Shown here piece after piece: positions 1 to 12,637 of a DNA stretch of 53,184 bases. This stretch comes from Bigelowiella natans CCMP2755 (Eukaryota > Protista > Cercozoa): contig ADNK01000346.1 in the NCBI GenBank assembly GCA_000320545.1, forward strand, positions 1-53,184. Direction: 5' to 3'. Under the pieces are notes generated by a model. It was given only the letters and a program-made list of their open reading frames with translations, was not told where the DNA came from and searched no databases. Made by a program: the position numbers and the translations under genes. Each line of letters opens with the position of its first letter. The stretch's first letter is position 1.

Positions 1-1217
1 AGAAGTAGTAGTAGTAGTAGTACTGTTTTGAACCACCCCTCCCCCCTCCCCTCCCTCCATATGTAGTATTATACACATATAGCTCAACTAACACAACTAC
101 CTACCGCTAGACGCTCCTGCTTTTTTAGTTCCTGAAATAATAAAAGTAATAGTAATAGTAAAAGTAAATATATTGGCTGACGATGATACATAATATAATT
201 GCATTGATGAGATGAACAGGATAATAGGGACAATGATGTTGTTGCTGCTTAAGAACACTTTAGTTTTGTAGATATATTCAATTCTGGTGATGGTGGTGGT
301 TCTTTGGGCATTGATGGAATATAGGTAGATACGGTGCTTTTCTTAGCTGTTCCCTCCTTTGACGACGATGATACGTGGATAGATAATCGCATGCAATGAT
401 GATACGTTCGTCGAATAATAATGAAGCAATACTAGTGACAGAGCTATCTATCTATCAATCAACCACCTGATCATCATCCCTTACTACTACTACTATCTAT
501 CTATCTATCTATCTATCAATCAACCACCTCATGATCATCCCTTACTACGACTACCACTACTACTACTACTACTATTACTACTCCTAAGACAGTCACCCTT
601 GCTCTTGCATCTGTTGGAAATCCCAAGTTTATGTTTCTAATTGATGGGAAGGACAACCAGAGAGGAGAAGGAGAAGGAAGAGGAGAAGGAAAAGTGAGAG
701 ATATGCATAACTTAACAATTTTGTCCTCATCTTTAAAAGAATATAAATGGGATTTTTTTGAACTTAATTTTTCCTCCTCCTCCTCCTCCTCCTTACGTTA
801 GGAAGTTCAATGCTACAGCATGCCGATCGTACTGTTTCTGCTGCCTTTTTAGAAGCAGCACCTAATTTATGGATAGAAGTGTCATCATCAATCATACACT
901 GCTGCCATATACTGCTGCAGAATAGTAATTGCCAATGTTGAATAAACAAGTAATGGTTATTGGCAATATTGATTGAAGAGTTAAAGAATAAGGGAGGTGA
1001 CCTGTCTTCGATGTGCATACATCGTGCTGTGGCGGCGGTTTTTGGGTTAATCGCCACCATGGTATTATTGCATGGAGATTAAAAATTATAACGTGGATCA
1101 GTTATTTGGTTAAAATCACGATATTAATGATGTTATTTGAGTTTCCATGATGTATTAGGAGGTGTTCTACTGATAATAGATTATAGCGAAATGGATTTTG
1201 GTGGTGAAAGCAGTATA

Positions 1218-1249
<32 letters not shown>

Positions 1250-1665
1250 TAGTAGTAGTGGACTTACAACAGACCTTATGTCCCCAGAGACACTACGCGA
1301 CAGTTTAAGGCGGTCATGATCATGTTGGTCATCATCGTCGTCATCATCACCCTCTCTAACCGCTGATCTACCTAGAAATCATATTTAAAAATCGGGAGAT
1401 GATGAGGGAATGGAAGGAGAACAAGAGCAAGAACAAGAACAAGGGGCCATGCCATTCTTTGCTTACCCGAACTCTTTCCTCGGCGGTGATGATCAAAAAC
1501 CCTATCACCATCCTCAGCGAGTGGGGTTGGTGCCTAAGAAGAGTAAGCTGTTCTGAGTGAGGACGTAAAGGAATATTTTTTTTTCGGGTTCACCACGATC
1601 TTTATATCTTCTTGCTGCGATGGGCAGTCCGAGGGGGAGTAGTAGTAGGATTTGCTACTATTCAT
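1..1665 (-). CDS. Hypothetical multi-exon protein, 3' end runs off the window
   Basis: Putative ATG at 1665 (MNSSKSYYYSPSDCPSQQEDIKIV). Further GT-AG bounded segments read APTPLAEDGDRVFDHHRRGKSS / GRSAVREGDDDDDDQHDHDRLKLSRSVSGDIRSV / GAASKKAAETVRSACCSIELPN / EGTAKKSTVSTYIPSMPKEPPPSPEL / ELKKQERLA. No domain recognised and the exon chain is uncertain. Confidence 0.45.
444..556. repeat. Imperfect tandem duplication (about 50-60 bp unit, TATCTATCAATCAACCACCT...ATCATCCCTTACTAC)
   Basis: Two adjacent near-identical copies flanked by (TATC)n and (CTA)n tracts. Confidence 0.8.
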
Positions 1666-2106
1666 AATTCAACGAATAAATTGCTTTGTTGAACAGCATC
1701 GATACGAAACACCATCTCTTCTGCCACTGCTCGGGGACAGGCAGTGGTGCTTCTGAGAACGAATATAATGTCTTAATTTCTGTCCATCATTTGCTTGTCG
1801 CTCACCGATGTTTCGCATCCTTTTACATACAAATTCATTTGATAATAGTCCCAAATTTGTTCGTTGTTTTTCGACTTTTCCCACCCGGAAAACATCTTAA
1901 TCGAACACATAGCATGAACTTGAGGACAACACGAGAATCTTTTTTATGTCGTAGGTGATAAATGGCATTGATCCTGATACAAAATACAAAATATTGGATT
2001 GTACTAAAACCGTTCATAACTGATAAGGATAAGCCACATCCCCTCCCACGCCACCTTATCTGTTGAAAAGGCGAGCTGGCGACGGAGTTAGGCAACAGGG
2101 GATAAG
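1666..2106. promoter_or_regulatory. Probable bidirectional promoter (hypothetical gene / LRR gene)
   Basis: About 440 bp between divergent start codons. Positional inference only, and it depends on the uncertain left gene. Confidence 0.35.
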
Positions 2107-5100
2107 ATGTCTTTGACAAAAGAGGCAATCAAAGAGGGCCTGTCCAACTTGCAGGTTCAGGCTTTTTTACTTTGAGTACTAGTTATCGAAAAAAATGGTT
2201 TTCCCAAGCGTAAACATGATTACAATGATAAGTCGAAGTCTTTAGAGCTAGTTGCAATATATGGGCGTATTATAGTCGAACACATTAATTCGTTTTCCTC
2301 ATGATGATGTAGACTTAAGTACAGCCGTTCCTTATCATGATTTTACTACGAGCAGAGGTCGGTGGACAGCAACTTGTTTACGCTGATCGACTTGAACATT
2401 CCGGATCAAAAGATTACTGATATCAAGACAATAGCGTAATAATAATACCGATTACAAATTCCTTGTCATACACAACATTTCTCTAATTACTCTCACTTTG
2501 AAGTGTGCTTTAAATAATACATTGTTACAAAGTAGTCATAATAAATCACTCTGTCTTCATTTCAGTGAATTCCCGCACTTACAACGCGTCATAATAGATC
2601 ACTTTCTTCTTTATTTCAGTGAATTTCCGCACTTACAACGCGTCAACCTTTCGGGAAACGAGTTGAAGGACGTCAAGGCCCTCGCAGCTCTGAAAGGACT
2701 ACGAAAATTAGACGTGTCGAACAACAGACTGACCGAATTTTTGGGTATTACACCTTTACAGCGAGGACTTACGCATGTCAACTACTCTGGAAATAGTATA
2801 AAATCGTTCGGAGACCTATCAGGAGTGCCGTATCTGACACATTTGGTGATACGCGGCAATGAACTTGAAGACCTCACCCCTTTAAATACATGTACGAATC
2901 TCACTTACGTGGACGTTAGCAACAACAAGCTTCAGGATATCACCTCACTTGATTTACCGCGTCTGGACTACTTCAACGCTAGCGGGAACAAGGTATTGTC
3001 AGATCAAAATAACTTGAACTCATATTTTATCTCTAGGATATGTATTTTACTTTGTAGTAACTTCGCCTTTGCGTTATCTTCATATTTATCAGTTAACGTT
3101 CTTAACCGAATTCAAGCTCCACCCACGCCTCCAAACGCTCATCTTGGCACAGAACAAAATCAATTCCTTGCATGGCTTGCACCACCAGTCAGAAAATAAC
3201 ACATCTAGTTTAGAATATGAGCATCGGAAATATAGTGATGAGGGAAGGGTTGAATACTGTATAATCTACATCCATATGCAGTACACATAATATGATCTGT
3301 ATATTCCGCGACAGCATGAAATAATAATTTTATTACCTCAGAGAGTCACTGACTTATCTGGATCTCGAAAACAACGAGATGAACACGGTTTTCCAATTGA
3401 TGGAGCTTCGTAATCTCAACAATCTCCGCACACTCGATTTATCCAAAAATCCTGTGAATGAAACAGAGGACTACAAACTGAAAGCACTATACTTGTTACC
3501 CTCACTGACCATGCTCGACGCCAAAACTACAACAGCGAAGGAGAAAGTGGACGCTGCAAATTTGAATGGCGTGGATCAGCCAGTGAAAAAAGCTATCTTA
3601 AGACACTTTTTACCCCATGGAGACCACACATCCGAGTCCTCGCGCTACCTACATCGCACGCGGATGGACATGGCTGAGTATGTCGAATAAACAACAACCA
3701 CCATTAACATCATCTTTATAATATTAAACTGCTGCCTGCTATAAAAACAACAAAAATGATAAAACATAGCACTTTCGACAAAGTAGTATTGTTGCTATGA
3801 GAGTTCAGCTTTATGAGTGGTGGTACACTTTGAAATCGCTTCCAGATCCTTGAATAGACTTCTAATTTACTACGTCCTTCTGCACTACAAATTAACCACC
3901 AGCACCGCTGTCTGTGCATCATCATCACTTTCGTCATCATCATCAGATACACCAACGAGCTTCCGATTCTCCCATATCGTGCCTATCGTTGGAAGAGATC
4001 TCCAAAGGAAGATGATCTGTAAGTAATCCTCCTTCTGTTTCTGCTGCAGCAGCGTAGTAGTAGTTGTTGTTGTCGTTGTTGTTGCATGGGTAGTCCAGTC
4101 CTGACAAACGGCAATGAAGTCTCCGCAGGATAAAAGGGATAGGGAGTGCGATTGGTTTCTGAAACATATATGTCGTTGCTATTTCATAGTTTGACTCCTT
4201 TCAAAAATATGATTCTTTTTCGTAACGCTACTATCTTCTCCTCCTCCACCACCACTACTATACTGCTACTGCTACTACTACTACTACTACTACAGATATG
4301 CTGAGAGCAAAGGATCTGCTCAGGCACTTGATAGGAAGGAATATTGGTGGCAGATGGCCGAAACAGAGATGCTAGGAGTGTGGGGGGAGCTTGTCAAGAT
4401 GGTGAAAACTCAAAAGCTGATAGAGTTGAACCTATCTGGAATCGATGTCGGTGACATAGGGATGTGGAGTATTGGCGAAGCTCTACAGTGCCAAAATGTG
4501 ATCACAAGCCTCAACCTCTCCTCGTCATTTGATCTTACGCGTTGGAGCTCGACTCTCTCTCGGAGTTATGGGCTAAAAAGGCTTGTCGCAGCTATTTCGT
4601 CCAGTATGATTCAGAATCTGAACCTATCAGGCTGTCAATTAGGAATTTCTGAGGCCTATCTTATAGCAGACCTTATAAAGAGCTCGCCAGTACTCCAAAC
4701 ACTGATCCTGGACAACAACTTCATTGGCCGAAGCATTACAGGACCAGCACCAGAGCCATTTACTCAGAAACCATCTGCTCATAGAACTAACATCCCAGCT
4801 CCCTCACACAATCCTTTTCCGCTGGTAATCCAGCCATGCCCAGGGCTAGAAGCAATATGTCGAGCTCTAATGAAGTCTGAGTCCGCCCCTGTATCCACGC
4901 TTCATGTGGCAAACAACGAAATATGCGGATATGGAGCATGGTGGGTGGCACGCACGTTGTCTGATCCTCATTGTCAGATACTTGAGCTGGATATCTCTCT
5001 CAATGATCTCGCTGGCCCCTCATATAAGCGTCCGAATACAGCACCAGGATTCACGCCAAAAACTGAGGGTGGTATTCTGATTGCAGAAGCATTGAAGAAG

Positions 5101-8100
5101 AATTCAAGTCTGGAGAACTTAAAGATGATGGGGGACCCCAATTTGGAGGCCAAAGGACCACGCCTCGGTGAACAAGTGGTATGTGCAATTGCGGAAACGC
5201 TTCACAAGCACAACCGTACCTTGAAATTGATTGATCTAAGCTACAGCAAGTGTGGTGATGTCGGTGCTGCGGCATTTGGAAAGGCCCTCTCAGACACACC
5301 TGCGCTTAGACGGCATCTCCCAAGGCTAGTTAAGAGCTTTGAATTTGCAACATCGTCGACGGAGATCAACCCTCCCTATCTGCCTACAGACATCAACTTA
5401 ACAGAGAAATCAGTGTATCAGCTCCAAAGAGATAGCTTAAAAGATACTGATGACCTAAAGCACCACGCCAGCAGTCAGAGCAACGATGAGACCAAAACTC
5501 GGACAACATCGTCATTCAAACTCAATGTGATCAATGAGGATGGCCAGACATATAAAGCGATGGGACCGTCGGAGGAGATGCTCGAGGGGGGCAGTGGAAC
5601 ATGTCTCCAATCGCTATCATTATGTGGATCAGGGATAGGCTCTAAGGGCCTCCGCGAACTAGCGCAAGGACTCGAAAGAAATTCCAAACTAAAGAAGCTT
5701 GATTTATCATTCAACGTAGAGGCAGACGTAGAGAGTGTTGAGTTTCTGCTCGAGAAGCTCTGCACGAATCCCAACCTAAGCATCGAGGAGTGTAACCTCT
5801 CTGGTCTACAGTTTATGTATGCGGAGAGGAAGGTCAAGCCCAAGTGTGAGCAGGAGAAAAACAAGTAATCAGAACTAAGTACCAAGTAGTCGTAAAAAGC
5901 TACAACTCTTGAATGTTAACGCATAAATGCAGTTAAAAACCCAAACACCCATACATGCACACAAATAAAGTTTTGTAAAGCTCGGAATTTAATAACCCAC
6001 CAATCGCCCATTTTGCCAAATAATCCTTAGGTATAAAAAGGAAAAGAAGAAAAGGGATCGTTATATGAGCATTGTGAATGACGATGATGATAACAGCGTA
6101 CATGGCGATCTGCCCGAGGGGAAGGAAATCGTGGTGTTAAAGTCTCTCCCTTGCCTTTGCACATGTGCTGCCCCCTCAATCATGTTGGAGAAGGCAAGGA
6201 GCGAAGGGATTCACTTTAAAATTGAAGTTGAGGATTTTGATGACATTAAGCTCAACAAGTCATTCGAAAGCCTACCCGCTGCCAACATTAAGAACACCCA
6301 GGTTCTGGGAGATATCAAAATTATGAAGGCCTTGACCCAAGCATACCAGCTCCGAGATCCTTTCATCCCTATGTCAAGGGCTGGACAAGACAGATGCGAG
6401 GCTGCATGTGAGTTTGCAACGAAACTGCTGCAACCTCTTCTCCAACAAACTGCCCTGGTGAAGATGGGACTGTGTGAGGGCTCTAGAGATGGTATCGAAA
6501 AGGGAATCGAGAGACTTAACAACGACCCCAATTGCTTGCCATACCTCTCGAAGACTTTAATAGGAAGTAACAATTTCATTGGAGGAGAGGAGCCTTGTAT
6601 TGCCGACTTTGCAGTGGCATGTGGTTTGTATCAGCTTACGTGCCTTACATCTCGCTACACGGAACACCATAACTACATCTTTCCGTATAGCATCTCTGCA
6701 TATCTAGCGAGATTTAGAGACCATGTACGGTTTAATATGGCTTGGTGGAATTATTACAAGAATTGCAAGGGCTTGTTCGAAGAGCTCAGGGACACTGAGC
6801 CGTGTATCATCCTACCTACCATTGATGACAGAATCCAGGAACTTCTACTATCGAAACCTGATTTGAAAGTTCTCAAGATATGTCCTATTGCTCCACTTCC
6901 TGAAGACTGCATCAAAATCAATTGTGAGATCGTGAAGGACAATGCACACCTTGATAAAGAAGAAGAACGACGTTGTCTCCAATCAATAGAGACTCTAAGC
7001 TTAGACATGGCTGGGCTCGAAGCCAATGTCCTTTCGATGACAAACTTTGTTAAGAGGTTAGAAGATATTACTATCCAGAGTGAAAGGAACGTCAAGGGTG
7101 CTTCAGAGAAGAAAGTATCTGCTGCAGCAGCTACTACTGCATCATCACCATTCGCACATGAAAATGTGGTAGAGAATGGAATGGAGGAGGCTAAGAAACT
7201 ATTAGATCAGGTGGAAGAAGCCTCCTCTACACTAGGTAAGGAGGTTGATACCGAGAATAAGGCTTCAGAGGGGGGAGAGAAAGAGGATGGTGAGAATATA
7301 GCGGAAACACCACAAGTAGAAGGAGATGAAAAGATGAGAAACCTTGATGTCGAGGGCAAACAAAAAGAAAAAGAAGAACAAGGCGGGGAAGAGAAAGGTG
7401 TGGCAGCAACAGCTGAGAATGATGATGTCGCGGAATTCAAAGGCAAAGAGAAGGAGGAGCGTGAACGTAATGTTGAGGAGAAGGGGGAGAAGGAGGTGGA
7501 GGAGGAGGAGGGGGAGAAGAAGAAGAATAAGGATGGGCAGAAGAACAAGCAGCAACATGAGAGCAGCAGCAGCAGCAACCACTTTACTAGTAGCTACCTC
7601 CTACCTAGCCTTCGATATCTAGAAATACCGAACTGTATCTTTGACTCTGGGACATGGACATCTATGTGTAAAATCATCCAAAATGCTCCTAGATTGAAGA
7701 CCGTCTGTCTCAACAAATTCACAGTTGAGCTACCTGAAGAGGAGATGCAAGAGTTTTCGTGGAATATGTTCATGCCAGAGCTGTTTGACGTGCTGAAAGA
7801 TCATCGATCTGTGTCCCTTAGCCTCAGAGATGTGCATCCCCTTGGGGAGTTTGATGGAAGTTTGGCATTAGCAAGGTGGTGACGATCAATTGTGTGTTCT
7901 TTGGAGCACACCAAACAACAACAGCCAGCTTTTCAGGAATCTCTGCTGTCGTCTGCCTTGAAGCCTTTGTTGACGTGTATGGCTGACTTATACCACATGT
8001 AATACAGGTGTATTCAAGAGTCGCAGTGTCTCGGAGCACTCGATATATCCGGGTGTTTTCAGCATGCTGATATGGAAGACGAATATGGTAGTAACAGTAA

Positions 8101-8995
8101 TTACCCAGTACACATCGTAAATATTTTATCATTGAGTGTACTTAAACACAAGCTCTCATGTAACGTCCTATTTGTCGGTACTGCTGCGGTGCTCTAAGTT
8201 TTCCTTCTCCTACTCCTCATCTTTTATTATTTGTTAGTCCGTGATGGCATTATGAAGTTGCTGAGTGTCTTGGCTGGCGACTCAAGGCTGTTGGAACTTG
8301 ACCTCTCTAACAATGCGCTGGAACCAATCCACTTAGATCATTTTGCCAGAATCAGAGCGGATTCTGTGTTACAGGTGATGATTTTCTCTTTCATTTATTA
8401 AAAAACTGATCTCATTGTGGGGCTGCGTGTGTATGTGCACTTTGTTGTTAATGATGTGATACAGTCAAGCCTTAGGCGGCTTGATCTCAGCTTCAATGTG
8501 ATCCATGGGATTGAAGACTACTTGCAGGTTGCAAGATCAGTTCTAATGATATTCACGTTGGAAGTGCTGTTTCCGCCACAAATTATCGATGAGATGGTTC
8601 AAAATTACGGGTTCGTCTCCGAGGTGACGGATGAATGCAACCTCAAAGATGTAGACTTGACCAAATGCGATCCAGTGACAATATTAGTATGGAAACAACT
8701 CTTGATGACATTGCAGTGCGTGAGGTTGGAGAAGATTATATTGCCTCCAAAGGCGAGAGAGGAGCTTAAGTTCCAGGCAGATCTAGTATACACAAGAAGC
8801 CGCCGACTCAGACAGCCAGCATCATTAAAAGCAACCACCTTAGAGACACCATCACGCAACGATATGAAGGACGATGATGAATCGGAAGACTTTAACAATT
8901 TCAGAAATCAGGAAGAGGAGGCCGACGAGGAGGAAATAGGTTCTATCTTGCTATACACCATGGAATATTCTACACAATAAATATATTTATATGTA

Positions 8996-9039
<44 letters not shown>

Positions 9040-9168
9040 CGCCGTAGCAATCTGAGAATGTTTCTATTTTCCTACAAAGGTACTCTGGAAGAGGATCAGA
9101 GGAACAATTTCTTAGCGGCGAAATTAGTACTAAATAGGTTGACACGTGCTGCAGAGGGAGTAAGCTAG
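2107..9168 (+). CDS. Large leucine-rich-repeat protein: N-terminal SDS22-type LRRs with LRRcap (LRRC23/LRGUK-N-like), ribonuclease-inhibitor-like LRRs, internal GST-like domain and E/K-rich linker
   Basis: ATG 2107 (MSLTKEAIKEGLSNLQ). ORFs at 2498, 3069, 3379, 4354, 6065 and 8417 join through GT-AG introns (e.g. ...KNK^YKKEKKKRDRYMSIV across about 5865-6030). LxxLxLxxN repeats; LRRcap DLSKNPV...YKLKALYLLPSLTMLD; GST motif FIGGEEPCIADFAVAC. Last exon GTLEEDQRNNFL...GVS, stop at 9168. Confidence 0.8.
2535..2641 (+). repeat. 54-bp tandem duplication spanning a 3' splice site and exon start
   Basis: GTCATAATA..ATCACT..TTTCAG|TGAATTYCCGCACTTACAACGC occurs twice, with AG at 2564-2565 and 2618-2619. 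Confidence 0.9.
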
Positions 9169-10004
9169 AGCGTTATAGCGATGCGTTTGCGTTTATTTAC
9201 ACGCCGTCTCCTCGGCGATCAAGCGCATATGTATGTGTCGCGACATTTCGACTTATAGCATCGATCAAATGCCCTAAAGCATCGTTCGATGATGCCAGCC
9301 TGAATGACTGTGATCGAGTGTCGTTGCTTGGGGCTGCAGATACCGGCCTAGCATATCTAGTATATGTACATATTACACGTTGATCATGACATGTTGGTCA
9401 CGCCGATCATAAAGCTAGCATGCAGTCTAGCAGTGCCCGGCTACATGCGCACCATGTTTGCGTGTGCATGAGTCGGTGCAATGAATTAATTGCACTGTGT
9501 GTGCATTTTTTTCATCTCATAATTGATGTGGCTAGCTGTGCAAAACTGCCACTACACAGCACTCAATCGTTGTGTGTTTGTTAGACAGGTGGCTCTGTGA
9601 TTTTGTGTACTTCATGTATTTGCACCATCTATGTATACGTAGTCGTACGCATCATGCTGAATGCTTTTGCATACACAGCATGCATAAGACGGTCGTTGAC
9701 ATTATAGCGAAAGGCCTAACAGATGTGACATAAAAGTGCTTTACGTAGCCAGCCAGCATTGCATAACCACATAGCATACTGCTCGCATTATTAGCTATAT
9801 GCGAATGACAATTGAAAATATTCAATCACCACATTCTCGTCAAAAAGAGGGAGTTCGCGTACGATGCCATCAACTATGGTCTCACTCAGAGATTGGATAT
9901 TATTCGAATAATATTTGACATCAGCGACAACATGCACGACCTTTCAGGCGGTATAATGCATTAATGTTGGCAAATAAAGGGCAAGATGATTGGCGGAAAC
10001 TACC

Positions 10005-11918
10005 CTATTTCTTTGGAGGACTTGCCTCATCCTTCTTGCTACTTCCATCATCCTTATTATTCTTTTTGCCTTCTGCTGCTTGCCCCTTTGCCTCTATTGC
10101 CTTTTTCTCTTGTTTCTCATCTTTAAGACGCTTGATTTTCTCTAGATCTTGATTTTTCAGTTTATTATTGATGAGGTTATGAAGAGCAATGATAGATCGG
10201 ATGAGGGATGCTACGTAGATAACTAGCATGTTATCATTTGTGTTGACTTTGAGCGAAGTGACAAGTTCTTTCAGCTGCAGGTTGGGGCACAAGTTAAAGA
10301 TATCTTGTAGATTATACAAAATCTGATGATTGAGAGGCAGCTTCCCTGCTGCAACCTTTTTTAAGTAATCGGCCAAGGTATCCATCCTTTTTTTAAGCCC
10401 TTTTAATGAAGAGACTTTCTGTGCTACTTGATCTGACAACGTGCTCACACTGGTATCCTAAATAAAATAGGGATGATAAGAACAATAACTACGAGATACA
10501 GGAATTCATCATACATATAAGTATAAATTGACGGATGATGATGATATCACTACCCGAATATCTCGTAATAGATGCTCGACCCCAACTTCCTCAGCCTCCA
10601 TAGCACCAATTTCGGATTGAATATGGACAAAGTTTCGCTGCGTTTGAGTCTAAAAAAGGATGATTACCATCATTCGCATTGAGACGACATTGAATATTCG
10701 GAGACGATGGAAAAAAGGAGGCAGGCAATGAAGCTCTCACTTTGGAAAGGAGCCCATCTCGAGGATTTAAAACCTTGTTTTCTCTATTAAGTTGCAAACT
10801 CACATGTACATTCGCTCACTCGCAATAATACACATACATCCGAAACGTCGGGCACAGAGACGTAAGCTTGTGTCGGGATTTCCAAGTCATCCTTAGGGTT
10901 CACATCGATGATGCAAAATACTGGCTGTGGTGTATATCTACGGACCATTTCATTGATTTCTGAAAGCATCATATTTTTAGTGAGCAGGAAGGAAAAATAA
11001 TGATTAGAAAGTCAGATTGTGATTATGATGAAAGTGTCCCTTCATTTTTTTGCACTAAGTTTTCTGTCGTATTTGTTCTCTACCGATGTCAGCTGGTTGA
11101 ATCTTTGGGCCAGTACTGTACCATCCTATCACCTTTTCTCGAGCTGAAACGGTGAGGGTGGACGGATAGCCCATTGTCAGTCAGTCGTTGCTACATTGTC
11201 GGTCAGTTGTTGCTACTACAATAATCGTCGTCTTCATTATTTTACGGGTTTTGAAGGGTTGAGGAAAATACCATTGACTTTCTTGAACATCGAGAACATA
11301 CCCTCATGGTAGTTATGGTCAAGGAACCAAATGTGGGGGTTCTTTTTATCCTCCTCGAATGGAACTAATTGTGTTTAGAATGATGGTAAATGAAAGGCCT
11401 GAAATTGGCACAATACTACTACAACGTCACCACTCTTCAGTACAAAAAGACAATAGAAATTATAATACCAATTGGAGTAAGCAGAGATAAGACAAACAAA
11501 TACATAATGCGTGGATAAAATAGCTTCCTCTTAAGGTAATGGCTACTTACCGGCGTAAGAGTTGAGAATGTCGACCTGACCTCCACTACGCTTCCCGAGC
11601 AGAATACCGACCACCCTTTTATTACTGCGCGAAACACGAGTAAAATGGTCCACAGCGCTAAGGAGAACCAATGGGTGGACCACAACCTGATTATTGAATG
11701 AATTGCACCACATGCAAAAGATCATCAGCGCTTGGGCATCCAAACAACCGTGACTCCTTCCTTTGCATCTCCCTCAGGAATAGTTGTAAAAAGTGAGCAA
11801 ATTTATCAAATGAAATTTCAAGAATTTTGATCCTAGAAAGATACACGTCACGCCTACTGAGTGTCACAGATGCTGAGATGGACTTCACCTTCTCTGGTAC
11901 GTCGAAAGCGGCGGACAT
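10005..11918 (-). CDS. PSMD7: 26S proteasome regulatory lid subunit RPN8 (MPN/Mov34 domain)
   Basis: Spliced product [27 protein letters not shown]...RVVGILLG...[49 protein letters not shown].../...[28 protein letters not shown]...[14 protein letters not shown]...[26 protein letters not shown], all hallmark RPN8 motifs. Confidence 0.97.
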
Positions 11919-12637
11919 TCTTTTCAATTTTCAGGGATATGGTCTACATTACTGAACAAATCACGTACGATATTCCTTGGAAATACTCACAACGACATGA
12001 CATTTGCACCATAATTGTATAAATCAAAGGACATATATCTCCGCTATGAAGCTCAAATGCGAGCTCACCGTTCTACCCAACCTAACTTTTGAAAATAGTA
12101 AGCCGACAACGTGTTTCCTGGATAGCCAAAATGTAGTGTAATAATTAATAATACTGGTGATATCATTTTGTCGTAAATCTAAATAATAAGGCACCATCAT
12201 TGTTCTTGATAAGTGCTATTCCTGAAACTATGAAAGTTTGGAAGGAATAATTCTGAACCAAAATCTACGATGTTATACCATTGCTGCTTCATCACACGGA
12301 GAATGTCTACAACATATAATACAACAGTTATTTCAGTTATTTGTTGCATCTTCAAATTGAAAGTTCGCATGGAAATCTATCTGTGGGCTGGGCTCCTATA
12401 ACAATGATTATGAAATACAGCTACGACATAAGATCATGCTCGAAGAAACTGAGAAATGGTCTAGAAAAAGAAGGAAGAGATCGAGATGCCACCGTTACTC
12501 ACTTCACTTGCCACTTGCTCACTACATGTGCATGCATGCACTACATGTACTCATACATGTACCAATAACCTCTTAAGGATGATAAAGTAATAGAGGTAGG
12601 TAGGTGGTGGCACATTGATTGGCGCTGTGGAAACATC
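11919..12637. promoter_or_regulatory. Probable bidirectional promoter (RPN8 / TRPV-like)
   Basis: About 720 bp AT-rich spacer between divergent ATGs. Confidence 0.5.

Noticed and set aside
444-556. CRISPR-like or mobile-element repeat
   Set aside because: Only two adjacent copies, with no spacers, terminal inverted repeats or target-site duplications, in a eukaryotic context.
2107-3690. Assigning LRGUK or LRRC23 as the gene symbol
   Set aside because: The N-terminal LRRs resemble these, but there is no guanylate kinase domain and the gene continues into unrelated RI-like LRR and GST regions.
5475-7582. Several antisense ORFs of 100-136 aa
   Set aside because: Shadow frames of the long LRR/GST exons with low-complexity S/L/F composition and no motifs.
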